From: a bacterium | Lineage (GTDB): Bacteria; UBA8248; JACPRG01; G963555815 | Length of the DNA stretch: 64,000 nucleotides | Assembly (NCBI GenBank): GCA_965218795.1 | Contig: OZ244653.1 | Span: forward strand, 4,608,001 to 4,672,000 | Direction: 5' to 3' | Shown: in pieces, positions 26,396 to 36,559 of the stretch | Numbering within the stretch: the first letter of the stretch is position 1 | How the letters are laid out: each line of letters begins with the position of its first letter | The notes under the pieces: model-generated | Seen by the model: only the letters and a program-made list of their open reading frames with translations | What the model was told of the DNA's origin: nothing | Databases searched by the model: none | Translations under genes and position numbers: made by a program

Positions 26396-27667
26396 TTGAA
26401 CATGGAATCGACCCGGATGAATCAATGGGACCTTATTCTGAAAAACTGTATCCTGCCTGACGGCCGGGGGCCGGTGGATATCGGGATCGGAGAGGAAGTG
26501 ATTGGGGAAATCGCTCCGTCTGCATCCCGACCCGCGAAGTCCGTCATCGAGACCGGCGGAAACCTCGTCGCCCCCGCATTCGTGGATGCGCACGTCTACC
26601 TCGACAAGGCTTTCCTCGCCGAAGAGGCCGAGTTTCTGCCCGATGCCTTCGGAGAAGAAGACCTCATCGATTTGACGCAGTCGGCGGCCGGGCCCATGAA
26701 CCTCGAGGCGGTCGAGAGGCGCGCGCGACGATTTCTCTCGCAGGCCGTTCGTCACGGGACGGGCGTCGTCCGGGGCGTGGCGGATGTTTATCCCGAAATC
26801 GGGACGCGGCGCGTGGAGCTTTTCCTTCGGCTCAAGGAGGAGTTCGCCCCGCGACTCGACCTGCAGGTTCTGGCCTATCCACAGCTCGGCGTGGTTCGGA
26901 CGCCCGGAACCCTGGATTTCTTGCGCGAGGCACTGAATCTGGGTGCGGACGTCCTCGGCGGGGCGCCCGCTTTCGATTCCGACCTGGACGCCCATCTCGA
27001 CAGCCTGTTCGACCTCGCCCGGTCGCTGGACCGCAGGCTCCATTTCTCCTTGGACATGGACCTCCCGAAGGAGATCCCGGCCGAGCGTCTGGAGGTCTGG
27101 AAGGTGATCGAGCGGGCTCGCGCGGCGGGCATGCAGGGGCGGGTGTCCGTGGGTCACCTCTGCGCGCTGGGTTCCATGACGCCGGGGGAGGCGGGCCGGG
27201 CCATCGAGGCCATTTCCGGCGCGGACTTGAACGTCCTCGTGTTTGCATCCTCCCAGCTTTACCGGCTGGGCCGGTCGGATGAGAAAGACGTGCGACGCGG
27301 GTTGACGCGGATCAAGGAATTACTGGCCGCCGGGGTGAACGTGGCCTATGCCTCCAACGACGTTCGCGATGCCTTCAACCCTTTCGGTAACGGAGACCTT
27401 CTGCTCGAAGGATTGACGGTTGCGCAGGCCGCGCACCTCGCTTCGGACGAAGAATTGGCGTCGGTCTTCGAGATGGCGACAAATAATGCGGCCCGCACAC
27501 TGGCGATTGGGGAATCGTACGGTCTGGGGACCGGCAAACGGGCGGATCTGGCGGTCTTTGATGCCCCGTCCGTGGCCGAGGCGATTCGCTCGCAGGTCGA
27601 GAAGACGCACGTCGTCAAAGGCGGCAAACTCGTGGCGCGAAATCAGCGTACCAGTGAATTGATGTAG
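26396..27667 (+). CDS. Cytosine-deaminase-like amidohydrolase with non-canonical metal ligands
   Basis: PAFVDAHVYLDK, LQVLAYPQ.G, GADVLGGAP, RRGLTRIKELLAAGVNV, D.FNPFGNGD. Confidence 0.85.
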   Translation: MNMESTRMNQWDLILKNCILPDGRGPVDIGIGEEVIGEIAPSASRPAKSVIETGGNLVAPAFVDAHVYLDKAFLAEEAEFLPDAFGEEDLIDLTQSAAGPMNLEAVERRARRFLSQAVRHGTGVVRGVADVYPEIGTRRVELFLRLKEEFAPRLDLQVLAYPQLGVVRTPGTLDFLREALNLGADVLGGAPAFDSDLDAHLDSLFDLARSLDRRLHFSLDMDLPKEIPAERLEVWKVIERARAAGMQGRVSVGHLCALGSMTPGEAGRAIEAISGADLNVLVFASSQLYRLGRSDEKDVRRGLTRIKELLAAGVNVAYASNDVRDAFNPFGNGDLLLEGLTVAQAAHLASDEELASVFEMATNNAARTLAIGESYGLGTGKRADLAVFDAPSVAEAIRSQVEKTHVVKGGKLVARNQRTSELM

Positions 27668-27876
27668 AATCGGCCCCGAAGGATTCGATATTGCTGGATG
27701 TGAATGGGTGTTTTGGCGGGGCGCCCTGAAGCGTTGGCCGGATGGGTCGGTCCCCTCGAAGTCCCCACCCGAAGGATTCTGCCGAGCCTGAGACCCAATC
27801 TCATTGCTCCGCCCGGTTGCTGAGAGAATCAGCGGGCACAGGTTTTACCGGAACGCCTTGAAGGGAGAGGTAATCG

Positions 27877-28698
27877 ATGAAAGTCCGAGTGGCGGCGGCG
27901 CAGCCGCTGACCTTTCAAAAAGAACGGGAGCCGGAAAACTTGCCGGTGGCGCTGGATTACATCCGGCAGGCGGCGGAGGAGGGAGCCCATTTCATCTGCT
28001 TTCCGGAGGGCTATCCCGGCCCGTACTCCGGCGCCATGGATTTCGACCCGACCGGTGACTTGGCGGCGGCAGCCAGGAAGCACGGCATCTATGTGATCGC
28101 GGGCGGATTGGAAGAGGCCGGTCCCGACGCCTTCTACAACCTGCTGGATTTCTACTCGCCGGCCGGAGAAAGGCTCTACCGGTATCGGCGTTGCCAGAGC
28201 GCGGGGGACGGCGTGGATGTGCCGCTCTTCGGACGGCACATCCAGGAGGGGGGGGAACTCAAGGCGTTGGAGACGCCTTACGGCAACGTAGGGCTTCAGG
28301 TCTGCTCCGAGGTGTTTTCTCCCGAGATGTCCCGAGTGCTGGCGCTGGAGGGGGCGGACATAATTTTCTATCCCGCGGGCGGGATGTTCTACGAGGTTTC
28401 GGAATCGTGGCGGATTCTGGTCCGCGCCCGGGCCATCGAAAACTACGTGTACTCCGTGATGTGCCAGAACCTGTTCGGGATGGAGAGGGGGATCGCGGCG
28501 ATTGCCGCGCCGGAGGGATTGTTGGCCGAGGGGGACTCCCCTGGATTCGTTATCGCCGACCTCGACCTGGACCGGCTGAAATTCCTGCGGGAGACGAAAG
28601 AAGACCTCGTCATGCCCAAGCCGTACAAGACCATTCCAGGCCTGATGGATTCCTGGCGCAAGCCGGAGCTGTATGGGCGGATTGTGGAGCGGAATTAG
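27877..28698 (+). CDS. Carbon-nitrogen hydrolase (nitrilase superfamily)
   Basis: CFPEGY, GLQVCSEVFSPE..RVLALEGADIIFYP, RARAIEN. Confidence 0.9.
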   Translation: MKVRVAAAQPLTFQKEREPENLPVALDYIRQAAEEGAHFICFPEGYPGPYSGAMDFDPTGDLAAAARKHGIYVIAGGLEEAGPDAFYNLLDFYSPAGERLYRYRRCQSAGDGVDVPLFGRHIQEGGELKALETPYGNVGLQVCSEVFSPEMSRVLALEGADIIFYPAGGMFYEVSESWRILVRARAIENYVYSVMCQNLFGMERGIAAIAAPEGLLAEGDSPGFVIADLDLDRLKFLRETKEDLVMPKPYKTIPGLMDSWRKPELYGRIVERN

Positions 28699-28739
28699 AT
28701 TTCAGGACAATGCTGCGCTCCAATCCGAAATCGCTGCAA

Positions 28740-29200
28740 ACGCTGATGACCATGACCTTGGCAAGACGAAAATTGCTTCCGATATCATGAAGAAACCGGA
28801 CAGGCTGTCTGATGACGAATGGAAGCTGATGAAGGCTCATTCCGGATGGGGGGTGGACATACGAAGAGGAAATGAAATTGAGGATCCGGTGATCATGGAA
28901 ATGACCCGCTTCCACCACGAACGATTGAATGGTCGAGGGCGCCCGGATGGTTTGAAGGAAAAAGCCGTAACTGATCTTGATGAAAGCCTCCGGAATCGTC
29001 GACTTCTTTGTCGCAATGACGACCGATTGGCCTTACGAACACACCCTTTCGATCTTCGATGCGATGAACAAGCTGAAGCGGGAGAACGCGAACGGCGAGC
29101 TTTTTTGATAAAGATCTGTTCCAAGGGGATCCGTACGGATGATGGCGGAATAGGAGTGGCTATTTCGTTCAACGCCGGACACCTGAATCCAATCAAGGGT
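28740..29200 (+). pseudogene. HD-GYP domain remnant
   Basis: HDLGK.KI...IMKKPDRLSDDEWKLMKAH...HHERLNGRGRPDGLK; no valid start and a degraded tail. Confidence 0.75.
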
Positions 29201-29257
29201 CCTGTTCATCCACCATCAAAGAACCTGGAGTTCAATCATCGTGAGACAGCTTTTACC

Positions 29258-30616
29258 TCAGCCGTCGGCCGCCTTTTGGACCAGCTTGAGCGCCATTTCA
29301 TTCTGCCGGGCGATCACTTCGTCCAGGTCGACGCCGAGGACCTCGCCCCGGTCGACCCTGAGCTCCCCGTTCACGAACGAGTAATCCACCTTCGGGACCC
29401 CGCAAAAGACCAGCGCGGCGATATAGTCGTGATTCGCCCCGGCAAACTGAATCTGGTTCAGGTTGACGCCGATTACGTCCGCCGCCTTGCCGGGCGCGAG
29501 GGTTCCGATGTCGTCCCGGCCGAGCACCGCCGCCCCGCCCTTGGTCCCCATTTTGAGGACGTCCCGCGCGGAGATGTCGGATTCCGAATAGCGGATTCGC
29601 TGGATCAAAAGACTCTGCCGCGCCTCGTTGAAAAGGTGGGAGCTGTCGTTGCTGGCGCTGCCGTCCACGCCGATGCCGACGTTCACGCCCGACCGCATCA
29701 TGTCCACCACCGGCGCGATGCCTGAGCTCAGGCGCATGTTGCTCACCGGACAATGCGCCACGCCGCCGCCCAGACCCGCCATCCGCTTGACCTCCGGGTC
29801 GTTCAGCCAGACGCTGTGGGCGTGGAAGCACCGTTCGTCCATCCATCCCACCTCCTCCATGAAGTCGAACGGACGCTTGCCGAAGTGCTGGGCGCAGTAC
29901 TCGTCCTCGTCTTTGGTTTCCGCCAGGTGCGTGTGGCATTGCACCCCCGGGTAGCTGTCGGCCATCTTCCTCGATTCGCGGTAGAGGTCTGCGCTGGCGT
30001 TGAAGGGCGCGCAGGGGCCGACGCAGATCCGCGTCATACCGTTCGGCTCCGCCTCATGCCACTCCTCGATGAGCGCCTGGGTGACCCGGTGAACGGCGTC
30101 ATCCTCTTCCACAATCTCGGGGTCGAGGTCGAATCCGGGGGAAAGGGCGCCCCGGGCCAGATGGAAGCGAAGACCGATTTCCTGCACCGCGCGAATTTCG
30201 TAAGAAGCGATCTCGGGCGAGGACTTCGGATGCACGTAGCAGTGATCCACGGCCGTCGTGCACCCGGACAGCAGCAACTCAACGGCAATCGTCCGGCCCG
30301 CGGACGCTGCCATTTCGTGATCCAAGTTGCGCCACACCCTGAAGTTTTCAATGATCCAGTCGAAGAGCTTCGCGTCCTGGGCCTGAGGCAGGTTGCGGGT
30401 CAGCGACTGGAAGAAGTGATGGTGGGTGTTGATCAAGCCCGGCATGAAGAGGTGTCCCCGCCCGTCGATCGTCCGATCCGGCTTCGCGTCGGCCGGAACC
30501 TCTTTCCCCATCGACTGGATCTGGTTGCCCTCGATCAATACGTAGGCCCCCTTGAGGGGCGCCTCCTCGACGTCCGTGACCAGCAGGTCGATATCCCGGA
30601 TCAGGGTTGTGCTCAT
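29258..30616 (-). CDS. 8-oxoguanine deaminase / AtzB-like amidohydrolase
   Basis: PGLINTHHHFFQSLTR, HTHLAET.DE, HAHSV, HCPVSNMRLSSG, GVDGSASND. Confidence 0.9.
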   Translation of the reverse strand: MSTTLIRDIDLLVTDVEEAPLKGAYVLIEGNQIQSMGKEVPADAKPDRTIDGRGHLFMPGLINTHHHFFQSLTRNLPQAQDAKLFDWIIENFRVWRNLDHEMAASAGRTIAVELLLSGCTTAVDHCYVHPKSSPEIASYEIRAVQEIGLRFHLARGALSPGFDLDPEIVEEDDAVHRVTQALIEEWHEAEPNGMTRICVGPCAPFNASADLYRESRKMADSYPGVQCHTHLAETKDEDEYCAQHFGKRPFDFMEEVGWMDERCFHAHSVWLNDPEVKRMAGLGGGVAHCPVSNMRLSSGIAPVVDMMRSGVNVGIGVDGSASNDSSHLFNEARQSLLIQRIRYSESDISARDVLKMGTKGGAAVLGRDDIGTLAPGKAADVIGVNLNQIQFAGANHDYIAALVFCGVPKVDYSFVNGELRVDRGEVLGVDLDEVIARQNEMALKLVQKAADG

Positions 30617-30623
30617 CGGTGCC

Positions 30624-31559
30624 TCAATCCTTTGTGTAGGGCAGGGTGATAGCCGCGGGCATGCGAGTGCTGCCGACGACCCCGGCGTACACCAGCAGCG
30701 TCAACAGATACGGCAGCATCCGAAGAATCTGAAATGAGACCGGGAAGCCCAAGGCTTCTATCCGCAGGCTCAACGCTTCAATAGCGCCGAACAGCAGGGC
30801 CACGCCCGCCGCCCGGTAAGGAAACCACTTGGCTACGATGACGATCGCCAGTGCGATGAATCCCCGGCCGCCCGTCATGCCTTCCACGAAGGAATCCAAC
30901 TGGCTGATCGACAGATAAGCGCCTCCGATTCCCGCCAGCATACCGGAAATGATGATGGTGAGGTATCGAACCCCCGGGACCGACACGCCCAGGCTGTCGG
31001 CGGCGCGGGGATATTCGCCGACGGCGTTGATGTGGAGGCCCCAGCGCGTCCGAAACAATATCCAACTGGCGATCGGCAGGATGAGGAACGCGAGGTAGGT
31101 GAGCGGCGTGTGATGAAAGAGGATCTCCCCAACCACGGGCAGGTCCGTCCATCCCTTGATGTTGATGGCCTGGAAGGCTGATACCTTTGGGTTCTTGCCG
31201 ATGCCCCACAGGGTCCGGCTGAGGAACGTGGTCAGCCCAAGTGCGGCGATATTCAGGGCGATGCCGGTCACGATCTGATCGCCCGCCAGCGACACGGCCA
31301 CGTAGGCCAGAAGGGCCGCGAATATCGCGCCCGCAACGATCGAGAACAGGACGCCCGCCCAGGGGCTGCCCGTGGCGAACGTTCCCGCCACTGCGGCGAA
31401 GGCCCCGAATAACATCATCCCCTCCAGGCCGATGTTGACCACTCCCGATCGCTCGGCGAACAGCTCGCCGACGCTCAGAAAGACCAGGGGGATGGAGAGC
31501 CGGATCGTCGCCGAGATGAAATCGACCGAAAAGAAGAGCTGTTCAATTGAGCCGAGCAT
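30624..31559 (-). CDS. Nucleoside-type ABC transporter permease
   Basis: ERSGVVNIGLEGMM, GRGFIALAIV, MLPYLLTL. Confidence 0.92.
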   Translation of the reverse strand: MLGSIEQLFFSVDFISATIRLSIPLVFLSVGELFAERSGVVNIGLEGMMLFGAFAAVAGTFATGSPWAGVLFSIVAGAIFAALLAYVAVSLAGDQIVTGIALNIAALGLTTFLSRTLWGIGKNPKVSAFQAINIKGWTDLPVVGEILFHHTPLTYLAFLILPIASWILFRTRWGLHINAVGEYPRAADSLGVSVPGVRYLTIIISGMLAGIGGAYLSISQLDSFVEGMTGGRGFIALAIVIVAKWFPYRAAGVALLFGAIEALSLRIEALGFPVSFQILRMLPYLLTLLVYAGVVGSTRMPAAITLPYTKD

Positions 31560-32631
31560 GCCGTAATTCCTGTCGTTTCAAGAGGACGCGCATCAGGTAT
31601 TGGGAAGAAGCCGCAATCAGCAAAACGATGGCCAGTCCCTGAACCACCTGAATGACCGCGGAGGGGACGCCCATCGTCTGTTGCAGGTTGTCGGAGCCTG
31701 AATCCAGCATCCCGAACAATAACGCGGCCAGGATCACGCCGAAGGGCTGGGTCCGCCCCACCAAGGCGACGGCGATCCCCGTGAATCCATAGCCGGGCGA
31801 GAAGAAATCGCTCAGGCGCAACTGGACGCCGTGGACTTCCGCGGTTCCCGCAAGCCCGGCCAACCCGCCGGCGAAAAACATCGCCAGGGTCGTTGTCCGA
31901 AGAACGCTGATGCCGACGAACCGGGCCGTGGAGACGCCGGCTCCCGTCGCCCGGATCTCGAATCCGACCCGGGTATGCCAAAGAAAGATGTACACGAGGA
32001 CGGCAACGGCGAGCGCCAGGAAGATGCCGATGTGGATCCCCGTCAGATCGTGGAGTACCGGGAAGCGCGTGGATTCGGGCACCTCGGCGGACCAGGGGTA
32101 GTAGCTCGCCTCGTCCAGCATGGGGCCGTGCACCAAGTAGCTCACAATCCAGAAGGCGATGTAGTTCAACATGATGGTGGTGATGATCTCGCTGAGGCCG
32201 AACTTCGCGCGCATCCACCCGGCCATGCCGCCCCAAAGCCCTCCTGCCAGAAAGCTGCCCAATAGGATCATCGGGAAGTGGACGCCCCAGGGCATCTCCG
32301 GTAGGTACAGGGCGAGCGCGGTGGACGCCAGAGCGCCTATGTACAATTGGCCCTCGCCGCCGATGTTGAACAGGCCGCACCGAAAGGCCAGCGAGACGCT
32401 GAGGCCGACGAAGAGCAGCGGCACCGTCCGCGTGATGCCCAGGCCGAACCCAGCGGGCGTACCGAAGGCTCCGTTCCACAGTGCGGCGTAGGCGCCGAGT
32501 GGGTTGATTCCGATTCCGCCGATGATGAACCCGCCGACCAGGAGCGCAATGATGACCGCCAGGAGGGGGGAGACCACCTGGAACAGGGCCAGCAGTCGGA
32601 AACGGGAGGCGGCAGAGGTTTCGGCCGTCAT
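31543..32631 (-). CDS. Nucleoside-type ABC transporter permease
   Basis: GLFNIGGEGQLYIG, EIITTIMLNYIA, GYGFTGIAVALVG. Confidence 0.92.
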   Translation of the reverse strand: MTAETSAASRFRLLALFQVVSPLLAVIIALLVGGFIIGGIGINPLGAYAALWNGAFGTPAGFGLGITRTVPLLFVGLSVSLAFRCGLFNIGGEGQLYIGALASTALALYLPEMPWGVHFPMILLGSFLAGGLWGGMAGWMRAKFGLSEIITTIMLNYIAFWIVSYLVHGPMLDEASYYPWSAEVPESTRFPVLHDLTGIHIGIFLALAVAVLVYIFLWHTRVGFEIRATGAGVSTARFVGISVLRTTTLAMFFAGGLAGLAGTAEVHGVQLRLSDFFSPGYGFTGIAVALVGRTQPFGVILAALLFGMLDSGSDNLQQTMGVPSAVIQVVQGLAIVLLIAASSQYLMRVLLKRQELRHARLN

Positions 32632-34148
32632 GTCGCGTTCTCCGTGACCCCGGCCATCCAGAGACCGATGGTGAGCTCGTCCGCATCGGCGCCCGGGACC
32701 TCCCCCTGAAAGCCCCCTTCATAGATCACCAGAACCCGGTCGCTCAGGCTCATGATCTCGGAGAGCTCGCCGGAGAGAAGAAGGACCGCCGCGCCCTGTT
32801 CGCGCCGATCGAGAATCGTCTCGTAGACGAAGGCCGCCGCGCCGACGTCTAATCCCCGCGTCGGATTCATGGCGACCAGAACGTCCGGCGCTTCCATCAT
32901 GACGCGGGCGAAGATCACCTTTTGCTGGTTGCCGCCGGAAAGGGCCCCGGCGGTGAGCCCCGGCGACGGCGGGCGGATGTCAAACCTTCGAATCAACTGG
33001 TGGCTGTTCTCCTCGATGACCTTTCCGGCCAGGAATCCCTTCCGTGTGAAGGGGTGGTTCTGGAAACGCTCCAGGTGAAGGTTTTCCCGCACCGTCAGGC
33101 CCAGCATGAGGCCCATGCCGTGTCGGTCTTCCGGAATCCGGCCGACGGCGTGCTTCGTCAGGTCCCGGGGGTTCCAGGCGCTGATGTCCTCGCCGTGGAT
33201 GCGGACTGTGCCGGCCGAAGGGCGCCGGAGCCCGAAGACGACCTCCGCCAGCTCCCGCTGCCCGTTGCCGTCGACCCCCGCGATGCCGAGGATCTCCCCG
33301 CGCCGGACAGCCAGCGACGCCCCCTTGAGCGCGGCCAGGCCGTTCTCATCCGTCACGCGGACATTCTCCAGTTCCAGGACGACCTCGCCGGGCTCTCGAT
33401 CCGATTTGGGGAAATCGAACACCACCGGGCGGCCGACCATCATCTGCGCCAGGTCGGCCGTAGAGGTCTCGGAAGTCCGGACGGTGTCCACGACCCGCCC
33501 TTGCCGCAGGACCGTCACCCGGTCCGTGACCTGCATGACTTCCTCGAGTTTGTGCGAGATGAATACGATGGAGACGCCGTTGTCCACCAGCGCCCGAAGG
33601 ATTTGAGAGAGCTCTTCGAACTCCTGGGGAGTCAGAACCGCCGAGGGTTCATCCAGGATGAGAAGGCGGGCCTTCCGGTACAGGGCCTTGAGGATCTCCA
33701 CCTTCTGGCGGGTGCCCAGCGGCAGGGTTTCCGTGACCGCCCAGGGGTCGAGGTCCAGCTTGAATCTCGCGGCGAGGGTGCGGATCTCCTCCGCCAATTG
33801 CTCGAGCTTCAGGACCGGGCTCTTCGTCTCCCGCAGGCCCATCGCCACGTTTTGGACGACCGAAAAAGGGGGGACCAGCATGAAGTGCTGGTGGACCATC
33901 CCGATGCCGTGCCGGATCGCGGCTTTGGGTGACGGGATGCTGACCTCCTGGCCGTCCAGATGGATTCGGCCCCTATCCGGGTGATAAAGGCCCGTCAGGA
34001 TGTTCATCAGCGTGGTCTTGCCCGCGCCATTCTCGCCCAGGAGGGCGTGGACCTCTCCCCTCTCGACCTCGAAGTTCACATGGTCGTTGGCGATGACACC
34101 CGGAAAGACCTTCGAGATGTCCTCCATGCGGAGGAGGGGATGGGTCAT
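32628..34148 (-). CDS. Nucleoside/sugar ABC transporter ATPase (duplicated domain)
   Basis: GENGAGKT, GMVHQHF, LDEPSAVL, LSGGNQQK, NPTRGLDVGA. Confidence 0.94.
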   Translation of the reverse strand: MTHPLLRMEDISKVFPGVIANDHVNFEVERGEVHALLGENGAGKTTLMNILTGLYHPDRGRIHLDGQEVSIPSPKAAIRHGIGMVHQHFMLVPPFSVVQNVAMGLRETKSPVLKLEQLAEEIRTLAARFKLDLDPWAVTETLPLGTRQKVEILKALYRKARLLILDEPSAVLTPQEFEELSQILRALVDNGVSIVFISHKLEEVMQVTDRVTVLRQGRVVDTVRTSETSTADLAQMMVGRPVVFDFPKSDREPGEVVLELENVRVTDENGLAALKGASLAVRRGEILGIAGVDGNGQRELAEVVFGLRRPSAGTVRIHGEDISAWNPRDLTKHAVGRIPEDRHGMGLMLGLTVRENLHLERFQNHPFTRKGFLAGKVIEENSHQLIRRFDIRPPSPGLTAGALSGGNQQKVIFARVMMEAPDVLVAMNPTRGLDVGAAAFVYETILDRREQGAAVLLLSGELSEIMSLSDRVLVIYEGGFQGEVPGADADELTIGLWMAGVTENAT

Positions 34149-34178
34149 GGGCCGGTCGCGGTCGGTAGAGGAGCCGAC

Positions 34179-34211
34179 GGGGGGAAAGCCGGGCGATGCC
34201 GGCCCTCCCCC
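34179..34211 (-). other. Intercistronic stem-loop after BMP gene
   Basis: GGGGGGAAAGCCGG...CCGGCCCTCCCCC imperfect hairpin between the binding-protein and ATPase genes. Confidence 0.4.
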
Positions 34212-34238
34212 GTGTCCGAATCGTATGGACTGAGACGG

Positions 34239-35228
34239 CTAGTTCTTCAGGGGTTTCGGAATGAACGGCACCTTGATCTTTCCGGCGATGATGTCGTCCC
34301 GAATCTTCAGCACTTTGTCCTGTATGGATTTGGGGACGTTGTGAAACTCGGAAAGATCGGTGACCCCTCCGACCTTCATCGGATTGACATAAAGGCCGGG
34401 GGTGAAGGACCCGTCCTTGAAATACTTGACGATGGGATCAACGGCGGTTCCGCCGTAATCGACGAGTTGCGTCACGATCACGGCCTTGGGCGCCACCTTG
34501 TATTGGTCGAGCCCGTTTCCGATCGCCATAACCCCCTTGTCCTGCGCCGCCCGGACAATCGCCAGGCCCGCGTGGTCGGCCACATGGTAGAGAACGTCCG
34601 CGCCGGCGGAGATCTGCGCCAAGGCCGCCTCCTTGGCCTTGCTCAGGTCTTCAAAGCTGTTGATGTACACGATGTTGGTTTTCGCGCAGGGATTGACCGC
34701 CTTGACGCCGAGCCGGAAGGCCTCCGCCTGTGAGACGATGGAAGGAAACGGGAACCCGCCGATTGCCCCCAACCGGTTCTTTTTCGTGATCATCCCGGCC
34801 AATGCGCCCGCGACATAGGCGCTCTCGTTGCTGGCAATCTGGAGCACGCGAACGTTCTTCTGCTTCCCGTCCTGGTTCACAATCCCGACGATATTGAGGA
34901 ATTTCGTTTTTGGAAACTTGGGGGCGACCTTCATGATCGGATCGCCGAACTCGAACCCCTGTCCGACGACCACGTCGTATCCCTGGGCGGCGTAATTGCT
35001 CAGTGTGGAGACGAATTTCGGAGGCGGAGTGTTCTCCGAGTAGGCGACCTTGTACCCCATCTTTTTCAGGCGCAACACCGCCTCGTATCCCGTCTGGTTG
35101 AATCCCTCGTCGTTGATGGTTCCGGGAAACACCCAGGCCACCCGCTTTTGAGCCCAGGCCTGTCCTCCTATCAGAAACGATGTGATCAAGAAACCCGCGG
35201 CCGCAATCCCTATGAGAATCTTCTTCAT
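34239..35228 (-). CDS. BMP/PnrA-family nucleoside-binding protein (copy 1)
   Basis: PGTINDEGFNQ, GFEF.D, AYVAGALAG, GADVLYH; SPase I-type signal (AWA-Q). Confidence 0.92.
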   Translation of the reverse strand: MKKILIGIAAAGFLITSFLIGGQAWAQKRVAWVFPGTINDEGFNQTGYEAVLRLKKMGYKVAYSENTPPPKFVSTLSNYAAQGYDVVVGQGFEFGDPIMKVAPKFPKTKFLNIVGIVNQDGKQKNVRVLQIASNESAYVAGALAGMITKKNRLGAIGGFPFPSIVSQAEAFRLGVKAVNPCAKTNIVYINSFEDLSKAKEAALAQISAGADVLYHVADHAGLAIVRAAQDKGVMAIGNGLDQYKVAPKAVIVTQLVDYGGTAVDPIVKYFKDGSFTPGLYVNPMKVGGVTDLSEFHNVPKSIQDKVLKIRDDIIAGKIKVPFIPKPLKN

Positions 35229-35392
35229 TTCACTCCATCCTTTCCATGGCAGTATGCCTTCGAACCCTTCCGGAACTCCCGATCCGCTCCCTCGGGCCGA
35301 CCGGCGCCCGGACGATGCCGGCCGGGTATCCGGTATTCCGGGGAAGCGTCCTACGCTCCACCCGCTTCTGCGCTTCCGGTCTCAACCTCCGC

Positions 35393-36391
35393 TCATTTGG
35401 GGTTGGGACGGGGCTTCGGGATAAACGGGACCTTGAGCTTCCCGTCGAGGATGGCCTGACGGGCCTTCATCACCCGTTCTCTGATCGGCTGCGAGACGTT
35501 GCCGTGAATCTTGCCGAGGTCCGTAGCCCCTGACTTCATGTTATACCGGAGGACCCCAGGCTTGAATTCCCCGGTTTTCAGATATCTGCCCACCGGCTGG
35601 ATCCACATGCCTCCCCAGTCCACGAGGTGGGTCGCGACGACCGCTTTGGGCGCCTGACTGTGCTGGTCCATCCCCCAGCCGATGGCCATGACGCCTTTCT
35701 CCTCAGCCGCCCGAACGACGCCGGCCCCCGCATGATCCGCTACGTGGTATACGACATCCGCTCCCACGCTGATCTGGGCGAGCGTCGCCTCCTTGCCCTT
35801 CGCGATATCTTCAAACGAGTTGATGAAGGAGATCACGGCCTTCGCGCAAGGGTTGACCGCCTTGACGCCTTCCCGGAAGCCCTCGAGCTGCGACACGATA
35901 GGGGGGAAGGGAAATCCGCCGATGATGCCGATCCGGTTTTTCTTGGTGATCAGCCCGGCCAGCACCCCCGCGACATAAGCCCCTTCCCGGGCTGCCGGCT
36001 GGAGGCTGACCACGTTGGGGACCTTTCCGTCCGTGTTGTGGTTTCCGGCGTTCACGAAGAACTTGGTCTTGGGATATTTTTTCGCGATTTTCATGACGGG
36101 ATCGCCGAACTCGAAACCATGCCCCACGACGACCTCGTATCCCTGCGAGGCGTAGTTGGAGAGGGTCGATACGAACTTCGGCGGCGGGGTGTGCTCGGAG
36201 AACGCGGTCTTGACGCCGTGCATTTTCCGAAGCCTCACCAGTCCGCTGTAGGCGCTCTGATTGAAACCGTGGTCGTTGATGGTTCCAGGCAGGACCAGCG
36301 CCACCCTTTTTTGGGCCAGGGCCGGTCCCGCACCCATCCACAGGACAACAAAGAAAGCGGTGATCGATATTGTTGCGAGAATCCGCCTCAT
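35393..36391 (-). CDS. BMP/PnrA-family nucleoside-binding protein (copy 2)
   Basis: Clear paralog of copy 1; start set to ATG 36391 (GAGGGAGG RBS). Confidence 0.92.
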   Translation of the reverse strand: MRRILATISITAFFVVLWMGAGPALAQKRVALVLPGTINDHGFNQSAYSGLVRLRKMHGVKTAFSEHTPPPKFVSTLSNYASQGYEVVVGHGFEFGDPVMKIAKKYPKTKFFVNAGNHNTDGKVPNVVSLQPAAREGAYVAGVLAGLITKKNRIGIIGGFPFPPIVSQLEGFREGVKAVNPCAKAVISFINSFEDIAKGKEATLAQISVGADVVYHVADHAGAGVVRAAEEKGVMAIGWGMDQHSQAPKAVVATHLVDWGGMWIQPVGRYLKTGEFKPGVLRYNMKSGATDLGKIHGNVSQPIRERVMKARQAILDGKLKVPFIPKPRPNPK

Positions 36392-36559
36392 GTCTGTCCC
36401 TCCCTCAGACAAATGGGTTCACTTCGCGAGCCAATGCTTAACAAATGCTCAGCGATCGTCGCGCACGATGCAGTGCAATCTTGCCAAAACAAGGTATGTC
36501 GCTATTCTCCACAATATTCGGTCTTGTCTCAAGCGAATATTGCTTGTGTCGGTCAGACA

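Noticed and set aside
28673-29725. 350-aa ORF as an intact HD-GYP phosphodiesterase
   Set aside because: Only a central fragment is HD-GYP-like (GRP instead of GYP); the remainder is antisense to the deaminase gene.
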